Shown: positions 1 to 24,037 of the stretch, piece after piece | Layout: each line of letters begins with the position of its first letter | Numbering within the stretch: the stretch's first letter is position 1 | Source of the DNA: the human T2T-CHM13v2.0 reference genome, Homo sapiens | Direction: 5' to 3' (one strand) | Length of the DNA stretch: 64,000 bases | NCBI RefSeq assembly: GCF_009914755.1 | Contig: NC_060941.1 | Notes under the pieces: model-generated | Told to the model about the DNA's origin: nothing | Databases searched by the model: none | Seen by the model: only the letters and a program-made list of their open reading frames with translations | Made by a program: the position numbers and the translations under genes

Positions 1-1983
1 TCAAAATAAGTACACTTATATAGTAAGCACACAATTTCATAGTTTTAAGTCCAAATAGTACCTTTGTAAGATTTAAGACTAGATACTTGCAATAAGAAGT
101 CTATATATAAATCTAGTTTTGATTTCCTAAAGAGACAAAATATTAACACTTGAGTGCCCAATCTGAAACAAATTACTATAATTACTGTAATGTTCAATTA
201 CATATAACAGGATTTGCTTTAAAATTAAAAACCAATGACGATCAAGCTTGTAAAAATGAACATCAATCTATAAGAAAACTTGAGTTATAGTTCCCTACTA
301 ATATGACAAAATTTGAATATATGAAAGAAGTAAAGGCCAGGCATGGTGGCTCATGCCTATAATTCTAGCACTTTGAGAGGCCAAGGTGGAAGAGGGATTG
401 CTTGAGCTCAGGAGTTCAAGACCAGCCTGGGCAACACCGTGAGACCTTGCCTCTACAAAAAAATTTTTTTAAAATTAGCCTAGCATGGTGGCCCATGCTT
501 GTAGTCCCATGGAGGCTGAGGCAGGAGGATCACTTGAGCAGATTGAGACTGCAGTGAGCTGTGATCATACCACTGCGCTCCAGCCTGGGTGACAGAGCTA
601 GACCCCATCTCTAAAGAAGGAGCAAGAGCTTAACAAACCTAATTCCCTCTAAATTAAAAGTAACAAACATGATTTGTCAATTACTGAGTGCACAGTTGAT
701 TGTTAAAGCTGCCTAAGAACAGGTCTGAGCTCTACAAAAACTAAAACTAAAACAAGAAAACCCACAAAACAGACCAAATTTGTGCATCAGATGACCTCCC
801 CACTTGGGAACACTTCCACTTCCCCAACCAGACACATTCCTCTGTATCAGTGTGGTGTGGGGGAAAGGACAGTAGAGACGGGAGCTGGATGGGCCTGGGT
901 GCAAAACCCTGCCTGACATTTATTAGCTATTTGTCTTTGGGAATGGTATTTCACTACCAAATGGGCTTTCTCTTCAGTAAAACAGGGAACTCTCTCTCCT
1001 TTGAAGAACTGTTGTAAAGTTAAAATCAATAATGGTTGTACAGCATCCCTCTGTGCTGGTGCTGCTGGTGCCAGATCCTCAGAGCTGCAGTTATTGTTCC
1101 TTTCCCCCAGGGTCTCCCTTTCATGGACATTTCTTACTTTTTTTTTTTTTTTTTTTTGAGATGTAGTCTCACTCTGTTGCCCAGGCTGGAATGCGGTGGG
1201 CACAATCTCAGCTCACTGCAAGCTCTGCCTCCTGGGTTCACACCATTCTCTTGCCTCAGCCTCCCGAGTAGCTGGGACTCCAGGCGCCCGCCACCACACC
1301 CGGCTAATTTTTTGTATTTTTAGTAAAGAGGGGGTTTCATCGTGTTAGCCAGGATGATCTCAATCACCTGACCTCGTGATCTGCCCACCTCGGCCTCCCA
1401 AAGTGCTGGGATTACAGGCGTAAAGCCACCGCACCCAGCCAGATATTTCTTATCTTAAACCCATTTCCTTAGTGTCCTGGAAAGCAGGTTAATCCATCAG
1501 ATTCACTAGGGGTTAAGTGTGATAATCACTAATCAGCTTTCCCTGCTAAGTAAAATACATGCATTTCAATGCACACTCTTATCATATCGGGAGGGAAGGA
1601 GTCAGTGATGCTGTGATTTGGCATGTTAATTTAAGGAGAGAAGGGAGGTCAGGAGAGCTGGGTGGTGACCTGATCAAATATCTCCATACGTATTTCACCT
1701 AGGATGGCTCTAGGTCCTAAAAAGAGTAAAAGGTGAAAACACTAAGTGATATTCAAAACAAAAGAAAAAGATGAAAAATAAGAACCTTGGTTAAAGAGCA
1801 GTCGAAATAAGTAATGATTATAGCTATGATTTATATAGCACTTTTTACAAGAAGCCAGGCGCTGTTTTAAACACTTGACATACTTATTTGCTCATTTCAT
1901 AATTGTAACAACCCTATCAGATAGGTACTATTTTTATCCCACTTTACAGAGGAGAAACTGAGGCACAGAATTTTAAGTGATTT

Positions 1984-2344
<361 letters not shown>

Positions 2345-2742
2345 TCATAACGCACAGTCTGTTTTCGGAATGTCTGTTCTTCACCACTATAGGAGTCTTG
2401 TTTTTTCTTTTTTTTAAATTAGAGATGGCGTCTGGCCATCTTGCCCAGGCTGGTCTCGAACTCCTAGGCTCAAGCGATCCTCCAGCCTCAGCCTCCAAAA
2501 GTGCTGGGATTACAGATGTGACCCACCGTACCCAGCTACTACAGGAGTATTAGAAAGTGGGAATTTTGGCCAGGCTCAGTGGCTCACGCCTGTAATCCCA
2601 GCACTTTGGGAGGCTGAGGCAGGTGGATCACCTGAGGTCGGGAGTTCGAGACCAGCCTGACCAACATGGAAAAACCTCATCTCTACTAAAAATACAGAAT
2701 TAGCTGGCCATGGTGGCACATGCCTGTAATCCCAGCTACTCA

Positions 2743-2847
<105 letters not shown>

Positions 2848-3542
2848 TCAAAAAAAAAAAAAGAATTTTAGTTGATTTTTAAGTAACCCACAAACCAACC
2901 ATTGTAACTAGCCAATGTGATCTTATGGTATTTTAATAGACATACTAGTACTTGGATTTTGAAGGATCTAGTAGTCTAGCTGTAACAGACCCACATCTGG
3001 ATGCTATTCTAATTCTGTGTATCAAAATTGAAATGGAACACTAAAACAACCAAACACATCCAGGGAGGGACAACCAGGGTGTGAGGAGTTGAAGACCTTG
3101 AATATTTTGCTCAGCAAGAAGATGCAGGCAACAGGAGTGAGGTTAGGAGAGAAAAACATGAATTACAGAAGAGTGGCCCCTCAAATACCTGGAAATCTGT
3201 ACGAGAAAGGATAAATCACTCTAGGACTAGAACCTGTCTCCTCACAACATCTTCTCCCAAATTCTTCCCCATGAAGTAATACAGAGGTCTCCACCCTGGC
3301 TGACACTAAAAAATATATACAGCAAGAAAGATGCCTGGGAACCAAACCAGTGCCAAATTGGAACCTCTGACAGTGGGACCAGGTTTCAAATTTCGAAAGC
3401 TACGGCTGGGCACGGTGGCTCACACCTGTAATCCCAGCACTCTGGGGGGCCTAGGTGGGTGGATCAGCTGACGTCAGGAGTTCAAAACCAGCCTGACCAA
3501 CACTGTGAAAGCCCACCTCTACTAAAAAATACAAAAACATTA

Positions 3543-3755
<213 letters not shown>

Positions 3756-5708
3756 TCATTAATAAATATAACGAGAACCTCGAAATCAGAGCAGAGATCA
3801 GGGCTCAACTCTGAATACGCCTCAGAATCTCCTGAGGAGCTCTACAAAGCCAGGTGCCAGTTCTTAGCCCAGAACTAGCAAATAATAATCTCCAGGGTTC
3901 TAATGAAGCAGTACACTGTAGAGACTGTACAAGGAGACCACGGCAGAAGAGGAGGCTGGAGAAGGCTCTCCTGTCAAGATATCTGCACTTTCTTCCAAGG
4001 GCAATGGGGTAAGTCTTTGAAAAGCTTTAAACAGACAAGTGATAGTTTGATTTACATTTCAAAAAGATCCCTCAGGCTGCAATAATCCTGGTGGGAGGTC
4101 GTGGCTGCCCAATTTAGGTAGCAGCATTGTAAGTGTTTTGAGGCAGACATCCATCTTCTGTGACATTACAGAGCTACATGTGATGGGACTTGGTGACTGA
4201 CTGAAGGGCAAAGGTGACTCAGAGAAAGGGAGGAGTAAGTGACAACCTCCCAGGTTCCTGTGGCATTTGGTATTCAGATGGCGGTCACATGCTCAGCATG
4301 GTAAATGTCATGGCAGGAGTGCCAACATTGAGAGGGCAATTGGGCCACACAGTCTCTAAAAACTGTTTGTTCTATAAATTACTGTCAAGCTCGATTCCCT
4401 CAAGACATTACAGCCACAGCAACTCAAAATAATACTGTAGGAAAAGCAAGTAGATATTTAACCAAAAAGGGTTCAGGGTTTGTACTCCAGCTGAATGGTA
4501 AAACCTGCCATCCCCTCAGGAAAAGAGGCAGAGGCAAGAGAAAAATCAGGCAGAAACATCAGAGCCAAAATGCATAGGGGGCCATGGCAAGAGCTGTTAA
4601 CTGTCTCCCAACATCTGTGTGCTTGCCTCCAGGCCATTTTCCACACTGTGGGTAGAGAGACCTTTTCAAGACACAAACTTGATCTTGCCACACCCCTACT
4701 TAAAACCCTCCTGATGACTGCTCTGTTCTTAGGCTAAAAAACAAGATTTGTTATCTTAAGGCAGAATAGCATGGATTTGAATCCTGGTTCCACCACTTCG
4801 ATCACTTAGCGTGTAGCTGGTGCCAGTTATTTATCCTCTTTGTGCCTTAATTTCCTCATCTATAGAAAGGGGAGAGAACAGTGCTTACCTCACAGGGTTG
4901 CTGTACAAATTCATCGAGCTAATGAACACGTAGCACTCAGGAGCCCAATAGCGTGCAGCATGTAAGTGTTTGTACTCATTACTAGCATGACCGACATCCT
5001 GGCTGGCTCTGCCCCTCTCGTATGGCTGGTACCAGCTGGTGGCTAAGTTCCTGGCACTCACTCTGCTCCTTCTTCAGGTCCTCAAAAACACCAGGCTCCT
5101 GCCTGCCACTGGCCCTCACACATGCCTTCCTTCTATCACCATCACCATGACTTGCACCCAAGTACTGTGACTCCATTAACTTGGACTCATAACCACTATG
5201 CTGGACTGAAAGCCCCATGAAGACAAGAAGAGTCTTGGCTTTTGCTCACTAGCGTGTCCTACCCTGAACCCTGGCATCCAGCATAGTGTCTGGCTCATAA
5301 TAGGTGCTGAAAAAATAGGTATTGAATGAATGAACGACTGGAGTGAATTACAACTAAAGTGTGTAGCCAGGTTCTCCCAAGTGAGGACACTGCGCCCAAT
5401 TAGAAAATATTCTGAGGAATAGGCCAACTCTTCCAGTTTTGCTGTTTGAAAAATTCAAGAATGATCAAGAATCACTGATTCAAGAATAATCCTTCAGTGA
5501 TTCTTCAATAAGAGTAAAATCACAGCACTCCCCAGCTCAAAAACACACACTAACATCTCATTGTCCAATGCAAAATCTTTACCCTTATCTCAGGCTCTGT
5601 AACTACTCAGCCAACTTTAGCCCCTTCCAGTTCCTCTCTCCAGCCTACAGATGACTTTCATTTTTTGAGACAGGGTCTTGCTCTGTTACCCAGGCTGGAG
5701 TGCAATAA

Positions 5709-6056
<348 letters not shown>

Positions 6057-8249
6057 TAAAATGCTTTTTTCTCTGGGTGGCGTTATCCATCCCTTTCTTG
6101 TGTCTGTCAGACAGGCTCTCCCTAACCCCACCCCTAGTCCAATGACTGCTTTCACTCTGAATCCCCACGGTACATATATAAGCATCTGAGGCTCTTTCCT
6201 ATTGGCTTTGATTCTACCTCCTTCACTTGAGGAGCAGCTCTCTGCTGGCAACCACGTACCATCCTGATTTAGAACTTCCCACAGGCTAACTTAAGACACC
6301 AAATAAACACTTGCACACACACATAACCACCACCTCCCATTACAGAAGTACACCTCCCCTACTGAACAGATGATGGCCACGATACTGAAAAGCATGGCAT
6401 CAACATGACAACTGCATCCTGAAAGATCAGCCTATATATAGGTTTGGTTATCTTGAATTTCGAGTTTGGAGAGAAGCAAAGTATTTTTCTAATAAACTGT
6501 GAATGCTGAGGAATTCACCTTCATAGGAGTCAGAAACAGGCTGCCAAACTTTTCAAAAGAAAAACAGTGGTAGGTTGAGCAAGCACATTGTCATGTCAGA
6601 TTTTCCAGGCTCGAGGGCCACTGAAGGGAGAAGAGCGAGTAGCTGGAAAAAACCTGTGGGTACTGTTATCTTTGGCCAAAGCTCAAATAAAAGAATCACA
6701 AAAACATCCACTGATCTAAAATGCTATGTAAGTCATTAATATTCATCTAAGAGAGGCAACTGAAATAAAGCAGATAATAAAGAGAACTTAAGCCATTCTC
6801 TTACCTCAGCCTCCCAAGTAGCTGGGATTACAGGTGCCCGCCACCACACCTGGCTAATTTTTGTATTTTTCGTAGAGATGGAGTTTCACCATTTTGGCCA
6901 GGTTGGTCTCAAACTCCTGACCTCAAGTGATCTGCCTGCCTTGGCCTCCCAAAGTGTTGGGGTTACAGGCGTGAGCCACTGCGCCTGGCCAAGAATTTAA
7001 ATTTCTGAGTCTCAAAGTCATAAACCTATAATATGGCTCAATGCTTACCTCAGTGCTTACTGGAGAGAAGGAAGATTCTTTTCTCAAATTTATTCAGGTC
7101 ACTTTCCCTATACGAAATACTAAGGTAGTCCTGGTCACTTACATGGAACAATATACCTGGGGCTGACGATGCTTGGATATATAGAAGTCCTTCAGTCAAA
7201 GGAACTATGAACTTTTGAGGCAGAACCTCAAATTCAGAAGGCATTTGTGGTGGTTGGATAACATGGCCCTAAATTCTCTCATTATGCCCCACTCTCTGAG
7301 AGGAGGGGGTCTTTGTTCCCTTCCTTTGAATCTAGCTAAGTCCATAACTGTTCCAACCAATAGAGCATGCTGAAAGCGGCGAGATGTCATTTCCACCTGA
7401 TTTCATTGGAAGTCTCATTCTCCAGAACCAGCCACATTCTGTGAGAAACCCAAGGCAAAAGGGGAGGCCACAAGTAGGCACGTGGTCTACAGTCTCAGCT
7501 GAAATCAGCCTTTGAGTCATCGCAGCCCAGACATCAGATACAGGAGTAAAGAAAATTCCAGATGATTATTACCCCCAGCCGCTTGAGTTTTCTCAGTGAG
7601 ACCTCAGACATCGCAGAGCAAAGACAAGCCATCCCTGCTGTTATCTAAATTCCTGCCCACGGCATCTTCGAACATAGTCAAATGATTGCTGCTTTAGGCC
7701 ACTAAGTCTGAGCTGGTTTATTGCATTCGGCAACTAGAACAACATTTTTACTAACATAGTGATTGAATGTAGACTTAATAATGAAAGAGTCCAACTTCCA
7801 TAAGAAAAAAATTCATAATTTTAAAGGAAGAGGCTTTGCTGTTAAAGTTTTTTTTTTTTTGTTTTGTTTTGTTTTTTTTTTTGAGACGGAGTCTTGCTCT
7901 GTTGCCCAGGCTGGAGTGCAGTGGCGTGATCTTGGCTCACTGCAACCTCCACCTCCCGGGTTGAAGTGATTCTCCTGCCTCAACCTCCCAAGTAGCTGGG
8001 ACTACAGGTGCCCGGTACAACGCCTGGCTAATTTTTGTATTTTCAGTAGAGACAGGGTTTCACCATATTGGCCAGGCTGGTCTCAAACTCCTGACCTTTT
8101 GATCTGCCCACCCCAGCCTCCCAAAGTGCTGGGATTACAGGCATGAGCCACCGTGCCCGGCCTGTTAAAGCTATTTTAATAGTAAACTTATTTTCTCTAT
8201 GCACTCCTTTCTAAATTATTCAGCCCCACTTTCTTTCAAAACAACGTTT

Positions 8250-10052
<1,803 letters not shown>

Positions 10053-10628
10053 AAAATTAAGTAAGTTTTTCAAAAATCTAGAACACACTTTTAGCATAGA
10101 GAAAACTGAAGTACGATAGGAGGTTAATTCACTTCATATAACAGCATAAACTGCCCTTCCTTAAGTAGGAGACAATAGGTACAATAATGCATGCAAATGT
10201 TAAGTGGTAAAGCAAACATACAAAGTTTCCCAATAGAAGAGTTTAAATTAAAATCTAAACTTCCAGCCAGGAGCAGTAGTGGACGTCTAGTCCCAGCTAC
10301 TCAGGAGGCTGAAGCAGGAAGATCACTTGAGCCCAGGAATTCAAGGCCAGCCTGGGTAACATAGGAAGACCCCATCTCTAAAAACATAAAAATAAAAATC
10401 TAAGCCTCAAAAGAAAAAAAATAAATAAACAAAAGGCATTTCCTATAAAGTTAAACTGTTACAGAATTGTTTTTCTTAAACTGCAATAATGAGACTTTAG
10501 CACTCTCTTGTCCTCTAAAAGACATTATTTCATGACATGTGCCCATTGGCAGTATTTGAGAATCTAAGAAAGTAGATCACACTAAATATTGATATGCAGA
10601 CACTAAAATCGTACAACCACTTGGATGA

Positions 10629-11725
<1,097 letters not shown>

Positions 11726-12429
11726 GTAAATCTCTTTAAATAGCAAATCTATTACTGCCTGCTTTTCAATGCTTTACCCTCAAGAAACTTGGGCTACAAC
11801 TCAATAACAAAAAGCAGCATTTTTGTTCTTGTTGTTTTTAATTCAGTTTCTTTTTTTTGTTTTGTTTTGTTTCTAAGAGACAGGGTCTCACTCTGTGGCC
11901 CAGGCTGGAGTGCAGTGGCAGGATCATAGCTCACTATAACCTCGAACTATCAAACTCCTGGGCCTAAGTGATCCTCCCACCTCAGCCTCCTGAGTAGCTA
12001 GGACTACAGGTACATGCTGCCAAACCCAGCTAATTAAAAAATATTTTTTTTTTGGTGATGAGGTCTATGTTGCCCAGGCTGGTCTCAAATTCCTGGACTC
12101 AAGCGATCCTCCTGCCTCAGCCTCCCAAAACATTGGGATTATACAGATGTAAGTCACTGCACTTTGGCCATGTGTTGGTTTTTTGTTGTTGTTTTTTGAG
12201 ACGGAGTCTTGCTCTGTCGCCCAGACTAGAGTGCGGTGGCGAGATCTCGGTTCACTGTAACCTCCACCTCCTGGTTCAAGCGATTCTCCTGCCTCGCCTC
12301 CCGAGTAGCTGGGATTACAGGCACCCACCACCATGCCCAGCTAACTTTAGTATTTTTAGTAGAGATGGGGTTTCGCCATGTTCACCTGGCCTCAAGTGAT
12401 CCGCCCACCTTGGCCTCCCAAAGTGCTAG

Positions 12430-12690
<261 letters not shown>

Positions 12691-12853
12691 TGATCTGCCC
12701 ATCTCGGGTGATCTGCCCGCCTCGGCCTCCCAAAGTGCTGGGATTACAGGCGTGAGCCACCGCGCCCAGCCATCTTCTCATTTCTTTGGTGAGATTGTTT
12801 GGTTTTTGCTTCTGAAGATTTTCCTGTTTTTCTTTTTTTGTTTTTTTTTTTAA

Positions 12854-13123
<270 letters not shown>

Positions 13124-13715
13124 TAAGCCCAGTTTATCCAGTATTTCTAGGTGTTTTGTACAAAAGAGTTTTCAGGGCATTTAGCCTAACATAAAGCAGA
13201 AACAAAAGTCAGGATGAGTCAAGTAACAGTATTTGAGAAAACTTCAGAGGTAGAACCAACAGGATTTGCTGATGCTTTGAATGAAAGCAGAGATAAGACA
13301 GAACAGGGAATTTAAGGATGATTCCTAGATTTCTGGCTTGCACAAAGGAGTAGATGGTGGTCTACCATTTATTTAGATGGGGAAGTCAGACAGGGAGAGA
13401 GGCACAAACTTGCAGAGAGAAAAGTTTAAGAGTTATATTTTGGGCAAGTAGACAGGAGACAACTACAAGTTACTTGAGGGAAGATGTCAAGTTTGCAGCA
13501 GGATGCAGGAGCTGGGAGCCCAGAGCGACTGGGTGGAGGGCCACACTTGCTAGTCATCACAGCGGCTAACACGTCTTCACAGTAAAAGCCAAAACAGGCG
13601 GGGCACGGTGGCTCACACCTGTAATCTCAGCACTTTGGGAGGCTGAGGCAGGCGGATCACCTGAGAACGGGGAGTTCAAGACCAGCCTGACCAACATGGA
13701 GAAACCTCGTCTCTA

Positions 13716-13937
<222 letters not shown>

Positions 13938-13988
13938 CTAACACTTTGGGAAGCTGAGGCAGGTGGATTACCTGAGCTCAGGAGTTCA

Positions 13989-15275
<1,287 letters not shown>

Positions 15276-15370
15276 TAGACTGGCCGCAGTGGCTCACGCC
15301 TGTAATCCCAGCACTTTGGGAGGCCAAGGCAGGCGGATCACGAGGTCAAGAGATCGAGACATCCTGGCTA

Positions 15371-15556
<186 letters not shown>

Positions 15557-15653
15557 TCAAAAAAAAGAAAAGAAAAGAAAGAAAACACGTATCTACTAAA
15601 ATTACAAAAACTAGCCGGGTATGGTGGCAGGCACCTGTAATCCTAGCTACTTA

Positions 15654-15788
<135 letters not shown>

Positions 15789-15986
15789 CTATTAATTTTT
15801 AAAATATATTAATTGAGCCGGGCGCGGTGGCTCACGCTTGTAATCCCAGCACTTTGGGAGGCCGAGGCGGGTGGATCACGAGGTCAGGAGATCGAGACCA
15901 TCCTAACATGGTGAAACCCCGTCTCTACTAAAAATACAAAAAATTAGCCGGGCATCGTGGCGGGCGCCTGTAGTCCCATCTAGTCA

Positions 15987-16121
<135 letters not shown>

Positions 16122-16280
16122 TTATGGTTAAGTTTTTAAAAAGATAAATCTGACCCATAAAGTTTAAATAATAGTCAAGATGGAAGATGAGTGATCTCCC
16201 CAAGGAGACAAGCTTTTCTATGAAAATCTTATCAAAATGTATAATGTACTTAGAAAACTAAGTGACCTCATTACACATCA

Positions 16281-16881
<601 letters not shown>

Positions 16882-17927
16882 TCACTCAGCCAAAGAGAAC
16901 CTGAGGTGGCCAAGATAATGTAACAACCCTATCAAGTAGGTGTTATTCCCATTTACAGATAAGGACAGAAATGTTAAGTGACTACACATGGATGCAAACT
17001 TGGAATCTTCAAACTCCCAGGCTAGTAGCCAAATTACCTGTTTTTAAATCTCATCTCTGCTATCTGATCTCTGCCAAGCAAATTTCCCTTTGAATTTGTT
17101 ATGCAAACAATTAACGAGAATAAAGGAAAATGAGAGCTTTATATACGTTACATGTAATAACTGGAAGTTAACTTTATTAAGACATCTGAAATAAGTCAAC
17201 ACTTTTAAAACTTAAAGGCTATTCTTTACCAGAATCGTCTGTAGGAATTAACCCGAGCAGTCAGAAAGTACCTTAAAACAAAACCAACATTAATCTGGTA
17301 ATGTCATGACTTCATAAAATATCCTTAATATTCAGGTACGTGCATACCAAGAAGAGTAAACAGAATAAAAAGAAATCTCTAAAACATTTTCCCTCATTCA
17401 CTACATGTCTACTCTTCCACTTACCTTTATCTCTAAAACAAAAACATTTTCTAAACCCTGTGGACATGACTTCACTAATCCAAAGAAGACTTTATATTCT
17501 ATGGGCCTTGTAAAGCCACATTTCTCAAACTAAGGACCAAGGACCATCTGAATCAGAATATCTGCTATGCCTGTGAGGATGACCCCAGATAAACTACATC
17601 AGACCCTCTCAGGCAGATCCATAGATTCTTTCTTCTTTTTAAGCAAATAACCCAGGGATTCTTATGTTAAAACCTTTAGACCAACCTTTCTCAAACTCTT
17701 CGCTCTCATGGCCCCTTTATTTATTATTTTTTAAATTTAAAAGAAATAATAAGCAAACCGGGTCAGGTGGCTCAAAACTGTAATCCCAGTACTTTGGGAG
17801 GCTGAGGCAGGCAGATCTCCTGAGGTTGGGAGTTCGAGACCAGCCTGACCAACATGGAGAAACCCCCATCTCTAATAAAAATACAAAACTAGACGGGTGT
17901 GGTGGCACATGCCTGTAATCCCAGCTA

Positions 17928-18095
<168 letters not shown>

Positions 18096-18142
18096 TCACA
18101 CCTGTAATCCCAGCACTTTGGGAGGCCAAGGTGGGCATATCA

Positions 18143-18569
<427 letters not shown>

Positions 18570-18650
18570 TTATTAATGAAACCCCATCTCTACTAAAATT
18601 ACAAAAATTAGCTGTGCGTGGTGGCACACGCCTGTAGTCCCAGCTACTCA

Positions 18651-18842
<192 letters not shown>

Positions 18843-18868
18843 TCAGGAGATAGAGACCATCCTGGCTA

Positions 18869-19129
<261 letters not shown>

Positions 19130-19301
19130 TTATCCCCAAGTTAATGTTTAAGTGCAATGGGGTAAAACATGCACTCTGTTAACTAAAAAGCCACATTTCC
19201 AAATAGTATACATATTACGATTAAAACATTAAAAATATATGTGTACAGATTTATTCATATAAGCCCAAAAACAAATGTCAGACAATGTTTCTGTCTTTGG
19301 A

Positions 19302-19361
19302 ACCTGACTCAAAATAAGGTTCCTCCTGTTGGCTTCTTCCTGAGACACAGCCAACGCTAAT
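19302..19361 (+). repeat. 60-bp local duplication, copy 1 (copy 2 at 21786-21845)
   Basis: acctgactcaaaataaggttcctcctgttggcttcttcctgagacaca(g/a)ccaac(g/t)ctaat; 58/60 identical. Confidence 0.95.
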
Positions 19362-20102
19362 TTGCCGCCCAGGCAAATCATCTATGCCTATCATTAGGAA
19401 ATCAAATTTATGATATGCATAGCCTAGAATACTACTCTGTAGTTTTTTTGTTTTTGTTTTTGTTTTTTGAGACAGAATCTTGCTCTGTGGCCCAGGCTGG
19501 AGTCCAGTGGTGTGATCTCAGGGTTCAAGTGATTCTCCCACCACAGCCTCCCGAGTAGCTGGGATTACAGGCACACACTACCATGCCTGGCTAATTTTAC
19601 TATGTAGATTTTTTAAACATGAGGTATATACACATGTATTTGCATTGAGTATTCTCTAAGATAAAGTGACAAAAAGCAAAATACAGAGTTTGGTGTATTT
19701 GCTGCTATATATGGAAGGAACAACACCCAGAGAATAACATGTTTGCATGCATACATATGAAGTAACTCAGGAGAGATAAATAGTAGGTAACTAGCTGTCC
19801 CTGGGAAAGAGTCCCAAGGATAAGGTGCGGACTAACTTTCCACTTACTACATATCTTTTGTACTGATTCATTTCAAAATTTACTCTAAAATATTGGTATT
19901 ACAATAAAGAAAACTGGAGTCTAGAACTGAATGACAAAACTGATACATTCTTACTACAAATCTGTGGTTAAGATTAGCATTAATCTTTCCTAGGCAAAGA
20001 GGAAAAAGTTTAACCCAAAGACTGTGTGGATCTTCTCTACCCTACATCTCCAATCTCATTCCCATTACTCAGAAAATATTCTCACTGGGTATAGAGGTAT
20101 GA

Positions 20103-20378
<276 letters not shown>

Positions 20379-20407
20379 TGATTATTTCTGGCTCCAGAAT
20401 GCTTCAA

Positions 20408-20675
<268 letters not shown>

Positions 20676-22585
20676 TGAACTCCTGACCTCAAGCAATCCA
20701 CATGCCTTGGTCTCCCAAAGTGCTGGGATTACAGGCGTGAGCCATCGCTCCCGGCCTCCTAATTATGTTTCATTTTGGTTAATGTTTCAATAAATGTGCT
20801 TTCCCTAAACATACTGATGAAAAGAGGCCCAAATGCAAAACTGATTTGTCGAGAAAGTCAGTCTGAGATGAAATATTTATTATGTCTAAACCACAAGTAG
20901 AAAAAAATTCAAAGGCCGACTATTTCAATGCTAACTCAATGCAATATTGCACTTCGTTTGGTTTACGGGAGAGGTAATTTACACAGCTAACATTTGGGTT
21001 TTCAAGATTACATTGTGGGGAGAGAAGGGGAAAACAAGAAAAGTCTAATGCTTTTAGATTCTGTCAGAAAAAGTGTTTGCTAAAAAGCAAAACAAAATGA
21101 ACATGAGAAAAAATGTGAAAAAACATGCATTTTAGGAAGCTTTCACCGAAGCAGGTGCTCAAGTTCAGACTCAAATCTTCCAACTCTTGTAATAAAAATG
21201 AGAGGTCAGAATACCACAAACTAATCAAATCAATCAAACAAAGCGGGAAACAGGTGGCTGACACCAGACTGGGCAGGGTTTTCCTAAATTGGGCTTACCT
21301 TCACTAATCCAAATCAGTTTTCAGAAATGGCTTCTATAAAAACTACCCAAACATCCCCCTAATAATTTGCACTCCTCCTCCACAATAGGGAAGCCAAGCC
21401 GTTTATTTCCCAGAAGGTTTACTTTCTCTTTCAAGCTCTGCTGGCTTCTTCCTGCCCCGCATACGGCCAGGAAAAAAGAAAAGCACTGCCTTTTCTTTCC
21501 TGCCTTCTCTAAAACTGGGGAGATGGGGTGAGAGAACCTGTTTCATGGACAAGCTGGGTGGTTCTTAACTGCAACACTGTTCTGAATACAGATTAGTTTG
21601 CAAAGGAAAGTTACAGGACAGGAAAATAAAGGTCTACCCCTCCAACTAACTCATACACATGTACATTTGCATGTACGCACACACACAGATGTGAGGGCAC
21701 ATTTAATTCAGCTGAGTAATGTGCAGCAATCAGCTCCCAGCTTCATACCTGGCCACCGGGATGCCTCCTCACTCCCACCTTCTTTACCTGACTCAAAATA
21801 AGGTTCCTCCTGTTGGCTTCTTCCTGAGACACAACCAACTCTAATCATTCCTCTTCCCCTCAAACCTTCAACACTACCTGCACTTTCTGGGTCGGGAGCA
21901 ATTCCTTGGGTGGTAATCCATTTTTAATGTGTTAAATATTACTTAAAATAAGGGAGAGGTAATCATGGACTGTGGGCAATGCAGAGATTTATCAGAAGGG
22001 CATTTGTGTAAACAGGAATTTACAGTTTGCCTTACCTATTCCTTTTATATGACAGCCTCAATTTCCTCTAACAGAATGTAAGTCCCCCATCCCTATTCAT
22101 TTAGTTTTTTTCCCATTAGGTTAGAATCTGCTAATTATTCTTTCTCTCCTTTGGGTCATTAGTGGCTGCCATGAATCATAATTTGCCTGACTTTGTAATA
22201 TCTAACAGATATTACCATTTTAGTTTAGTTTTTGATATGACAGTTTTTTGTTTTTTGTTTTTGTGACGGAGTCTTGCTCTGTCTCCCAGGCTGGAGTGCA
22301 GCGGCGCGATCTCAGCTCACTGCAACCCCCACCTCCTGGGTTCAAAAGCAATTCTCCTGCCTCAGCCTCCCGGGTAGCTGGGACTACAGGCACCCGCCAC
22401 CACAACAGGCTAAATTTTATATTTTTAGTAGAGACGGGGTCTCACTATGTTGGGCAGGCTGGTCTTGAACTCCTGACCCGCCTCGGCCTCCCAAAGTGCT
22501 GGAATTACAGGCGTGAGCCACCATGCCCGACCTCCTAATTATGTTTTATTCCACCTGCCCCTATGTATAAGCGTTACCACCCTAA

Positions 22586-22932
<347 letters not shown>

Positions 22933-22968
22933 TAGGCAACGTGACGAGATCCTGACTCAAAAAAATTA

Positions 22969-23205
<237 letters not shown>

Positions 23206-23716
23206 TCATCTTGCTTCATCCTCTCAATTACTCTACAAGTGGACCTCGTTTCCACAATTGTGGACAGAGAAACTGAAAACCAGAGAAGTGAAAACAACAG
23301 GCCCAAGGTCTAAGAGAAGGCAGAACTGGGATTAAAGCCCAATAGGTCTGACCTGATAGTCCACTCTTTTAACTGCTATAGTAACTTTGGACCATGAAAC
23401 CCTCAAACATACCAACCAAGTGTTTCAAAACTACAATAGCAATCACCTTAGGAATACTCAAAATATAAGTTCTTTGGCTGACGCAGTTAAAAATTCAAAG
23501 GTCAGGTAAAATTTCAGTGATGAGCAAGGTCATTTATTCTTATGGCTGGGGGTAGCAGGAAGGAAAGCCGGATCGTCGAAGCATTATTTTCTTGTAGGGG
23601 CAGATTTACCTTCCTTATTATTCTTTTGCTAGGCTGTTAAAAGGAATTTGGAAGGCCAGGCGTGCTGGCTCACGCCTGTAATCCCAGCACTTTGGGAGGC
23701 CGAGGCAGGCGGATCA

Positions 23717-24037
<321 letters not shown>

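Noticed and set aside
7041-7145. Strong minus-strand donor-like motifs (GAG|GTAAGC, CAT|GTAAGT)
   Set aside because: No matching acceptor identified; such motifs are common in long introns.
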